Positions 40,999-49,800 of a stretch of DNA of 64,000 nt are shown here, one piece after another. The number at the start of each line of letters is the position of its first letter. The stretch's first letter is position 1. Source of the DNA: an uncultured Alphaproteobacteria bacterium (GTDB lineage Bacteria; Pseudomonadota; Alphaproteobacteria; Paracaedibacterales; CAITNM01); NCBI GenBank assembly GCA_903893805.1, contig CAITNM010000026.1:133664-197663 (forward strand), written 5' to 3'. The translations under genes and the position numbers were made by a program. The notes below the pieces were generated by a model that was not told the DNA's origin, searched no databases, and saw only the letters and a list, made by a program, of their open reading frames with translations.

Positions 40999-41145
40999 GA
41001 ATATCTCATAGGGTTTATAATGACCAACATGTAGCATAACTATGCTCACATTGGTTTGTAATAAGCTAATATTAAGCAGCTTTCTTTTTTAGTGTGATAA
41101 GAATTCAACAATATTGAACGCTGATTATTCCATTGTGTATTAACT

Positions 41146-41170
41146 AAAAAACCCAGCACAAGGCTGGGTT
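41146..41170 (-). terminator. Rho-independent terminator after rplS
   Basis: Minus strand: aacccagc-cttgt-gctgggtt followed by TTTTT. Confidence 0.8.
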
Positions 41171-41193
41171 CTATTTTAACATTTTTGACTATT

Positions 41194-41631
41194 TTATTCT
41201 GCTTCAGGAGCTTTCGCTTCAACTGGAGCAGCGGTCGCAACAGGTGCAGCTGCAACCTTTGGTTCAGCGCGGTATGCACGTTCTGCGATACGCGCGCTTT
41301 TGCCGCGACGATCACGCAAATAGTACAACTTAGCGCGACGAACATCACCACGGCGAGTAACTTCAATTTTAATATTTGGTGAATAAAGTGAGAAAACGCG
41401 CTCAACACCTTCACCATAAGAAATCTTACGAACTCTAAAAGTAGATTTCACACCGCTGTTTTTGCGGCCAATAACCACACCTTCAAAAGGCTGGTGACGC
41501 TGACGCTCACCTTCAATAACTTTTACTAGCACGCGCAAAGAGTCGCCTGTACGAAAGTCAGGAATTACTTTGTCAATCGATAGTCTTTCTAACTGAGCTT
41601 TTTCAACTTGTTGAATAATATTCATGAACAC
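41194..41631 (-). CDS. rplS: 50S ribosomal protein L19 (with Ala/Pro-rich C-terminal tail)
   Basis: [27 protein letters not shown], with trmD upstream. Confidence 0.95.
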   Translation of the reverse strand: MFMNIIQQVEKAQLERLSIDKVIPDFRTGDSLRVLVKVIEGERQRHQPFEGVVIGRKNSGVKSTFRVRKISYGEGVERVFSLYSPNIKIEVTRRGDVRRAKLYYLRDRRGKSARIAERAYRAEPKVAAAPVATAAPVEAKAPEAE

Positions 41632-41637
41632 TTCCTT

Positions 41638-42360
41638 TTATTTTTTAACCGGCTTTTGATTGGCTTCATATCGTTGCCAGAGATCAGGTCGACGGTTTTG
41701 TGTTATTGTTTCTGCTTCATTTAAGCGCCATGCGGCAATAGACTTATGGTCGCCAGAAAGCAGCACATCTGGCACGACCGTTTTATTCCAAATTTGGGGT
41801 TTAGTATACTGCGGGTATTCTAGTAAGTCCAGTTCAAAACTTTCAATAGTTGTAGCGTCTGGTTTTTCTAAAACGCCGGGTAGAAGTCGAACACAAGCAT
41901 CTAATATAACAAGCGCTGCAAGTTCTCCGCCAGATAATACGTAGTCACCTATACTGATATCCTCAAGACCATGAGTTTCATGCCATTGATCAAGCACGCG
42001 TTGATCAACGCCTTCATAACGTCCGCACAATATACCAATTCCGTTTGGGTAATCAGCTAACCAGGAACGAATCATGGACTGTGTAAGTGGCTTACCCTTA
42101 GGGGATGCATAAATAAGCTTTGTGCCGGGCTGTGCGTGCGCAGAAAGTGCCGAATGAATTACATCAGGGCGCATTACCATGCCTGTGCCGCCTCCATAAC
42201 TAGTATCATCTACGGTCTTATGTTTATCCATTGCAAAGTCACGAATATTGACTGCGTTCAACTTCCAAATTCCTTGTTCCATAGCTTTGCCGGCAATAGA
42301 CTGCCCTAATGGTCCAGGAAACATATTTGGGAAAAGTGTGTAAATCGTTGCTTGCCACAT
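41638..42360 (-). CDS. trmD: tRNA (guanine37-N1)-methyltransferase
   Basis: ATIYTLFPNMFPGPL, GRYEGVDQRV, SIGDYVLSGGE. The start is set at ATG 42360 (MWQATIY). The 24 upstream codons of the track ORF are a relic of the A2M gene tail; see findings. Confidence 0.9.
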   Translation of the reverse strand: MWQATIYTLFPNMFPGPLGQSIAGKAMEQGIWKLNAVNIRDFAMDKHKTVDDTSYGGGTGMVMRPDVIHSALSAHAQPGTKLIYASPKGKPLTQSMIRSWLADYPNGIGILCGRYEGVDQRVLDQWHETHGLEDISIGDYVLSGGELAALVILDACVRLLPGVLEKPDATTIESFELDLLEYPQYTKPQIWNKTVVPDVLLSGDHKSIAAWRLNEAETITQNRRPDLWQRYEANQKPVKK

Positions 42361-42453
42361 TTGGGGGTCAGACTTTTCTTTAACGGTATTTGTTAAAAGC
42401 GCATAAGTTGCGCGCAGGTTGATATTTACCATATTTTCTACACAAACACCAGG
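42311..42453 (+). repeat. Left copy of ~140-bp direct repeat (A2M 3' end / trmD 5' end junction)
   Basis: Aligns with 46667-46806. Perfect blocks are ggtccaggaaacatatttg, gtcagacttttctttaac and atttaccatattttc. Confidence 0.85.
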
Positions 42454-42502
42454 TTATAGAAATAACGCCATTTAGTATTAGCTAAAAACGAAAAAACTAT
42501 TC

Positions 42503-42526
42503 AGGGATTTTCCCTTAGGGCATTTT
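42503..42526 (+). promoter_or_regulatory. 24-nt motif agggattttcccttagggcatttt, copy 1
   Basis: Identical at 22 of 24 positions to 46042-46065. It contains AGGG-N5-CCCT and CCCT-T-AGGG dyads and ends 77 nt upstream of ATG 42604. Confidence 0.4.
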
Positions 42527-42603
42527 CATCGCTACTTTTTATTTTTTAAACCTTTTAAATAAACACTGTGCAAAAGCATTAAATTTAAAAAGGAAAATAT
42601 ATT

Positions 42604-42987
42604 ATGAAAAAGGCTAAATTAGTAACAATAGCTATGCTACTCACATGTGTTAAAGGGTATGGTTTATCTAGTGAAGATCAATACCAGGCATTAAAAAGAG
42701 GCGCTTATCAGGTAATTGAAAATCACAAAAATGAAATCCTTGACTGTGATCAATCCAAGCGGTTTACCATAACACCTCTTAAGAGTAATTGTGAAGATTC
42801 AGAGAAAGGATTTGTTGGAATTTTGAGCGTTGATCTTATTAAATGTAACGAGGAAAACATCTTCAAGATGGTTGTTAAATTGAAAAATCTAGAAATATAT
42901 TCGGCTACTATCGATAGTGACATCTTAAAAAATTTAAAAAATTATGAGTCAATAAAATTTCAATCTTTAATACAAAATAATAAATAG
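42604..42987 (+). CDS. Small hypothetical secreted/lipoprotein-like protein
   Basis: 127 aa, signal peptide MKKAKLVTIAMLLTC, several Cys residues, AAGGA RBS. No family recognised. Confidence 0.5.
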   Translation: MKKAKLVTIAMLLTCVKGYGLSSEDQYQALKRGAYQVIENHKNEILDCDQSKRFTITPLKSNCEDSEKGFVGILSVDLIKCNEENIFKMVVKLKNLEIYSATIDSDILKNLKNYESIKFQSLIQNNK

Positions 42988-43062
42988 ATCCCAAAAATAA
43001 AAACTAATAAAAAAATCAGATTGCTTAATTATCTTCTTTAGGTGTGTGGGACAGTTTGGTTA

Positions 43063-43138
43063 GGTATTAGTTTTTATTTTAGGCCTGACACTTTAATTGT
43101 GAAGGTTGGGTGTCAGACCTAAAATAAAAACCAATACC
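43063..43138. repeat. Imperfect inverted repeat (29-nt arms, 18-nt loop)
   Basis: ggtattagtttttattttaggcctgacac and gtgtcagacctaaaataaaaaccaatacc are complementary at 27 of 29 positions. Confidence 0.85.
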
Positions 43139-43146
43139 TTGAGACT

Positions 43147-46038
43147 ATGGGGTGTTCATCTTCTCTTGCTACGAATGGCTTAATTGTGCTTCTATGTGGG
43201 GCGCATTTTGTAAGAAATCTACATCCTAAAAGTAAATTGGTAGTTATGTCTTTAAGTTTGTTAACTGCACGAGAACTAGATGTTGTTTCCTGTCTTTTAA
43301 ATGGGCGTGGTGTAAAAAAAACAGCATCTTTATTAAAGATTTCCCCTAAAACTGTGGAAACGCATATTAGAAATCTTATGCTTAAGACGAACTGTACTTC
43401 ACGAGAGCATTTAATAGACAAAATTATTGAAGCTGATATGTTGCAATCAGTGCAGCAACATTATTCAAAAATTCTTGGAAAAGATTTTCTCCCGAGCGTT
43501 CAGCCCAATGAATTAATACATCAAAATTTTTCAAAAAAACCTTTTATGAATTTTTTATGGCTTGCTGCTTTTATTAGTATTTTAGTCTGCGTCTTCTCAA
43601 TAAAATTTTTCTTTTTTCATGAAAAACCAACCATTAAAGATGATCTGCTTTTACCTAATAAACTGGTTTTCTTAGAACGTCAAAATTTGCTGAAAGAAAT
43701 TAAATATCAGTTTTCAAAAAGTCATGATGATATTAAAATAGTTGCGCTAAAAGGTGTCGCAGGTGCCGGAAAAACGATTATAGCTCGTAGTTATGCAAAG
43801 CAATATCACGAAGGATTAATTTGGGAAATTTGCGCAAGTAGCAAAGAAAGTATTCTTATTTCTTTTGAAAAGCTTCTGATTGCTATACTTCACCAAGAAA
43901 AGGATGAGTCAGGTCATTAAATCCTGCAAAAAGTTCGTAACACTCCACAATATGAATCAACCTTATTATTGATGCTTAGAGAGAAATTATCACGTAATCC
44001 TGATTGGCTTTTAATATTTGATAACGTTACTGACTTTAAAAATATTCAAGATTATTTACCTCATGATTCAGGTATTTGGGGAAGAGGTGAAATTATTTTA
44101 ACAACTTGTGATTCGGCGATTAATATGGCTGGAGCTGTGATAGAAGTTTCTGAGCTTAATCATAAAGAAAAAATACAGTTGTTTAGCAAAATCCTATCTC
44201 TTCAAGAAAATGTGTCAAAAGAAGAGCAGCATTTTCTAGATAGTTTGCCGCCATATCCCTTAGACATTTCCACAGCTGCGCATTACTTAAAAACAGTTTC
44301 AATTTCTTACCAAGAATACTTAAGCAGGATGAAGGAAAATAGTCAGCAATTTAGCGAGGCTCAAACTGATATTTTAAAAGACGTTGGGAATTATACGAAG
44401 ACTCGTTTCAATATTATTGGTTTGTCCATAAAAAACTTGCTAACAGAACACCAAGATTTTTCTGATTTATTGCTTCTGCTCAGTGTGGTTGATGCAAAAA
44501 ATATTCCACGAGAAATTCTAGATTTTTATAAAAATCCTGTCACAGTTGATAAATTTTTGCATGCTTTACAAAAGCATTCTTTGCTCAGCTGTTGTGGAAA
44601 AATTATTAGTTTGCACAGCGCTACGCAAACAGTTGTACGTTCTTATCTGTCGCAAATGTTAGGAATCAACAAGCAACAAAATAAAATAGAAAACATAACC
44701 GAAGTCTTGGAAAAATATGCTGACAAGCATCTTGTCGAACAAGATTTGCAGTCGTTGCAACAGTTGTTGCCGCATCTTTTGGCTTTAGTGAAGCACGATA
44801 ATATTTTAAGCAAGATTGCCCTTGCAAACCTCAATGTAAAAATTGCAAATATTGATATCATCAAGCAAGTAAATCAGAGCCAATCAAAAACTTTATTAGA
44901 AAATAGTTTGGTTGTTTACAAAGAGTATTATTCCAAGGCTCACCCAAAAGTAGCTTGGGTTCTAGGGCAGCTAGGTGTATTAAGTAAGTCTGATGTTGAA
45001 AAGCAACGTAAGTTTTTTGAAGAAAGCTTAGATAAGTATCAAAAATACTACCACAAAGAAAATCCTATACAGTGTGCCTGGATTTTAGTGCATTTAGGAA
45101 ATTTTTATAGACGATTAGGTGATTATCATAAAGCTGAACATTATTTGCAAAAAAGCTTAGAAATTTATCAAGAACACTATGGTTCAGAGCATCCCAAAAC
45201 TGCTTGGGTTTTTGCGAATATGGGACGTTTTTACCGGCGCATTGGTGATTACAAGAAAGCAAAAATTTTGCTTGAGAAAAGTTTGGATATCCATAGTAAA
45301 TACCCTGGGAAAAATGAAATTGAAGTAGCTTGGGTTAATTTGAACCTTGGTATTTTGTATTATTACTTATGGGACTTAAATCAATCAAAACAGTTAATTG
45401 ACAAAGGGGTCGAAGTTTACAAAAAGTACTACACACCTCAGAATCGTGAAATGGGATGGGCGTTGATATACAAAGCTTTAACAAGTGCCAGTATCACAGG
45501 TGATTGGCTTACTGCTGAAGCTGTCGTTAAAGAGTACGCAGATATTTTTATTGAAAATGGTGAAAAAGATCATATATCTGTATCGTGGGCATTAGAAAGA
45601 TTAGTGCGAGTTTATATAAATTTGCACGAATATTCGAAAGCGCTCAGCATTTTAGATAAGATGCTAGAATCTTACACAAAATTAGCTGGTGAAAATTCTG
45701 TACAAGTGGGGTTTTGCAAAAACTATATAGGGCGAATCAACTCACTAATGGGTAATTACAAAATCGCTGAATATTTCCTAAAAGATGCTTTTGCAATTTT
45801 GAATAAGAATCGGCATCCAAGAAATTATATCGTTATTAAAAGTCTTATAAACAACTATAAGTATCAAGGGAATTTCAACTCTTTTATTTTGAAAAGCTAT
45901 GAATCAATGTTTGAAAAGACGGTTCGTCAATATTTTCCTAGAGATTCTGGAATGATGACAATACTTAACCTATTTGATGTAAAGTGCATCACCAATAGGG
46001 CTTCCATTTTCCCTTCCTTTAACTTTTTTGATGCTTAG
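43147..46038 (+). pseudogene. LuxR-HTH / hydrophobic segment / NB-ARC / TPR STAND-type protein, interrupted by one in-frame TAA (43918-43920)
   Basis: ORFs 43147-43920 and 43969-46038 are in the same frame. Motifs: GerE-type HTH LTARELDVVSCLL...ISPKTVETHIRNLMLK, hydrophobic FMNFLWLAAFISILVCVFSIKFFFF, Walker A GVAGAGKT (43753-43776), Walker B WLLIFDNV, GEIILTTCD, PPYPLDIS, then KLC-like TPRs. The likely true start is ATG 43246. Confidence 0.75.
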
Positions 46039-46041
46039 CTA

Positions 46042-46065
46042 AGGGATTTTTCCTTAGTGCATTTT
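46042..46065 (+). promoter_or_regulatory. 24-nt motif agggatttttccttagtgcatttt, copy 2
   Basis: Matches 42503-42526 at 22 of 24 positions. It starts 4 nt after the STAND-gene stop and ends 80 nt upstream of ATG 46146. Confidence 0.4.
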
Positions 46066-46145
46066 GAAGGATAGAATTTTTTCTTATAACTTCTATTTTA
46101 GTAGCGATCAAAGGACTTTTTAGTTCGCTAGTAATTGGAGGACCA

Positions 46146-46442
46146 ATGAGAGAAACAGAATTTCTTGTCAAAAATCTAGAAAGAAATATTTCTCTAGAAA
46201 GAAATGCAATTTCAGAGTTTCTTAAAGTAAATATATATGCTTCAAAATTTCCTGCTTCAATTGAGATTGAAGTGTCTGATTGTGATTTAAAAAGAATTGG
46301 TAAATCCGTCAAAAAATCTCTCAACTATTTTGATGAAACCTTTTCAGAAAAAGAGACTGAAATCATAGGTTATTACAAAGCTCCTGCTTCTCAATGCTTT
46401 TTGAAAAATAAGTATTGTCAGAAAAGGGTTACAATATGCTGA
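46146..46442 (+). CDS. Hypothetical protein (98 aa)
   Basis: Strong GGAGG RBS 5 nt before the ATG, which favours this strand over the antisense ORF 46019-46324. No family recognised. Confidence 0.45.
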   Translation: MRETEFLVKNLERNISLERNAISEFLKVNIYASKFPASIEIEVSDCDLKRIGKSVKKSLNYFDETFSEKETEIIGYYKAPASQCFLKNKYCQKRVTIC

Positions 46443-46594
46443 AAAAATATATATATCTAATCGCGGTGGTCAGTAATTTTCTTTTATTGAATTTATCTAT
46501 TTTATCTTTTTCTAGTATAAAGTTTGATGATTTTGCAAAAACTATTCTAAAAGTAATAGTCAGAGAAAAATTGGCAAAGAAAAAGAAATTCTAA
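46436..46594 (+). CDS. Possible 52-aa membrane peptide
   Basis: My own translation: MLKKYIYLIAVVSNFLLLNLSILSFSSIKFDDFAKTILKVIVREKLAKKKKF. Its ATG overlaps the stop of the 98-aa ORF (ATGCTGA). One hydrophobic helix plus a basic tail. Confidence 0.25.
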   Translation: MLKKYIYLIAVVSNFLLLNLSILSFSSIKFDDFAKTILKVIVREKLAKKKKF

Positions 46595-46666
46595 ATAAAA
46601 AGCACTCTACCAAGCAAACTACGGCGGCACCAAAATAACCTATGGTTCCTGTTAAGCCTGCGTAAC

Positions 46667-46806
46667 GGTCCAGGAAACATATTTGAAAAAAGTGCGTATC
46701 GTTGCTAGCTATATTTAGCTGTCAGACTTTTCTTTAACTGTAATGGTTAATGGAGTATACATTGCATATTGTGCAGGATTTACCATATTTTCCACATAAA
46801 GACCAG
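46667..46806 (+). repeat. Right copy of ~140-bp direct repeat (intact A2M 3' end + decayed trmD 5' fragment)
   Basis: Aligns with 42311-42453. The trmD relic reads ATA TAG CTA GCA ACG ATA..., against ATG TGG CAA GCA ACG ATT in the live gene. Confidence 0.85.
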
Positions 46807-49800
46807 GCTGCTGGAATTTTCCAGTGTGAGTAGCAATAACTTCATAAGCCATTTTAAACGCACCTGCATTAGTAGGCTGACGCCATGAAGCAACGTATCG
46901 ATCATGGCGTTTTTGCACTGTGGAACCATCTTTGACATCTTTCAGCCATTCATAATTTGATATAGTATTTGAATGAGTAAATCCAGCTGGAAGCCAGTCT
47001 GAAATTAGCCAGTATCCTTCAACAGCGACATTCTCAACTGTACCTTCAAGCACTACAATTACTCGTTCACCAAGGATAATATTTTCGTTGTTTATTTTTG
47101 TGCCATCAGGCTTGTAAAAAGTACGAATTATCTTTATACCGTTTTCTTTTTTATCACCGGGCTCTGATGGAATACCATATGCATTTACGAATAGCCAAAC
47201 TGAATCATCACCAATGTTTTCAATTGTAACATCTTGCAAAGGATTCAGAGTGTGCGAGACGAAATTTTTTTCATTGTATGATTTTTGATTAATTTTGACT
47301 TTTATATTTTTTGTTGTAGTAAGGGCGCTATCAACATTTGCTTTTAAAAGCATTGCTAAAGTTTGGGTGTTGAGACGAGTAATATCTTGGTCTATTCCTT
47401 TGTTCAGCACTTCTTCAAGAGTTTCAACCAGTTGATTGATCGTTTTAATAGTTCTAAATGATGACAAATGAGAAGCAATTGCGGCCGCTTCATCAAGAGA
47501 AATACCTTTTTCAATTATAGTTTGTAACTGCTGAATACCTTTTTGAACGCGAGTTAAATCTTGAATGCTGGCAACTGTTGCTATAAACATGCTCTTTGCA
47601 ATTGCTGTTTCGCACTTATCAAAATATTCGTCAAAGCAATACCTAATTGTGGCGGTGTCTATTTCTTGTGATATGGCGCATAGCTTTACAAGCCAAGCAA
47701 TATTGTCGGCTTTCTCTCTGCCTTGTTTGATTTTCCAGTCGATAGAATTTATTTGTCGTTTTGCAAAATCTAGTGCGTTTTTAACTATTGCTTTTGGAAC
47801 AGTTAAACTAGTATTTTGAGCATACGTAAGCATTTCTAGTGCGTAAGCCGTGATGTTGAAATCATCATTATCTCGTATCCAAAAGCCCCAACCACCAGTT
47901 GAATTTTGTCGTTCATTTAGTGTTTCTATAGCCTCATAGCAAATGCGCATGTATTCAATGTTGTCTGGGTTTGATGTTTCATCTTTACTTTGTTTCAGTC
48001 CAAATATTGCAGCAAAACCCTTACTGATAGTTTGTTGAGTGCAACCAAAAGGATAATTCAATAGCCATCTTTTGATTTTTCCAACATTCCAAGGGCCTTG
48101 ATTTGTGAGAAATAAATCAGCTTGTGTCTGGAGAATGTGTAACCCTTTGAATTCAAGTTTGCACTCAGCTATTTCTTTTGATTTTATTTCTTGTTTTTGG
48201 CTTACTAAAATAGGCTGGTAAGCTGAACGAACTTCTATAGAAGTTGAATTTTGGTAGCTTATGCCTTCACCCTTTACTTCGACTTGAATAACACCTTCAC
48301 CAATTTGTTTTGCTTGAGCTGAAATAGACAAACGTTTTTGTTCTTTGGGTGCCAGTGTAATCGTTTGTTTTTTTGAAGTTGGTTCAAATGCTTTTTCCAA
48401 GCTGATATTAATTTGGCATTCGATAGAGTGGTCAGTTGTATTTTCTAAACGAATATTTAAATCATTTTCGTCATCCACGGTTAGAAACGAAGGAAGATTT
48501 GGATCAACAATTAAATCATCTTTTACGACAACTTTTCCACTTTGGCTTCCCATTTTTTCATTTGTTATAGCAACTGCGTATACCCGAAGTTTTCCGAAAA
48601 ATACTGGGATGTCCATAGAAATTTCGGCTTTTCCATTAGCATCAAGATGCACATCACCGTCAAAAAAGCTTAGAACTTTGTCATTTACTTTTGGCACAAA
48701 TGCCCCGCGACGAAGCATTATTCCATCTCCACCAGAGCGCATGTCCATGACATCAGCATCTACAGGATCAATGATATATCCATAGACATCGTGCATTTCA
48801 AGACCGAGTTGACGCTGGCCGAAGAAATGTTCTATTGGGTCTGGAGTTTTAAAATTAGTGAGTCCCATTACTCCTTCGTCTACAATAGCTATCATCAATC
48901 GTGCATCATGATTGCTTATATTTTCAATATGCACAGGAACCTTTAATTGAGTTTGTGGCTTTATTTTTTCTGGCAAATCAATTTTAATTTTTAGAGTATG
49001 GTCACCGGAATCAATTTGAATCCATTGTATGCCTACTGCACGTTTTGCTTGAATACCAGCAGTCTTTTTATCTAGCGCTCGCACAAGTGATACCATCACA
49101 TAAGCGCCACTTCCCCAACTTTCGTGGGTTGGCACTTTCAAAATATTCATGCCTTTTTTTAGATGAGCAGTATCTTTTAGTTGTATTGAATTTAGCCCGG
49201 CAATAATAATGGCTTCCCCATCAAAAGGAGCAAAAACTTTTAAAATTGCAGGCTCCCCAAGCTTGGTAACTTTTGTTTCTGGGGTGATATTTAATGTATC
49301 AGGTCTATCTTTTTGACAGCTGTATTGCTGACCGATTCTATACTTTGCAAGTTTTCTCCCATCTTTGTGTTTTATTTCAATTGCATAATTGGTAGCAAGT
49401 TTACCTTTGAAATTCAGAGAGGTTGGTTTATTAGCTTTTGCTGTAATGCTACCTTTTTTAAGAGGTTTGTCTTGATAGATGCGTTGGTAACTCCAAGAAC
49501 TTCCACGATCCTTATACCACTGATAGTGTGCTTCACTTTTAAAAAGTGTGTATTCAAGGTCTTCTACTGCGACCAAGCTACCATTGTTATCAACAGCAAT
49601 TATTTCTAGTTCAATATTTTTACTAGGATGATCTGCTTTTTCACGTATTCCAACAATGTATGGATGGGTTAGTAAGGTGGTCGATGTATTTGCTTGTTGA
49701 GATGATGTGGTATCAACTAACCTTGCGGTTAAATCAACACTCAAAGCTTTTGAGCAACTCAGATCACTTGGTATTTCAATTTTTAGTTCAGATTTCCCCG

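Noticed and set aside
41046-41417. 123-aa minus-strand ORF overlapping the rplS 3' half and its terminator
   Set aside because: It is out of frame with L19 and runs through the rho-independent terminator at 41146-41170. It is an artefact.
43119-43421. 100-aa minus-strand ORF opposite the LuxR HTH region
   Set aside because: The plus-strand frame encodes a clean GerE-type HTH. The antisense ORF starts inside it and ends in the hairpin arm.
47565-49609. Several 84-146-aa plus-strand ORFs inside the A2M gene
   Set aside because: All are antisense to a 1,500-aa conserved frame, have no features of their own, and are typical of AT-rich coding DNA.
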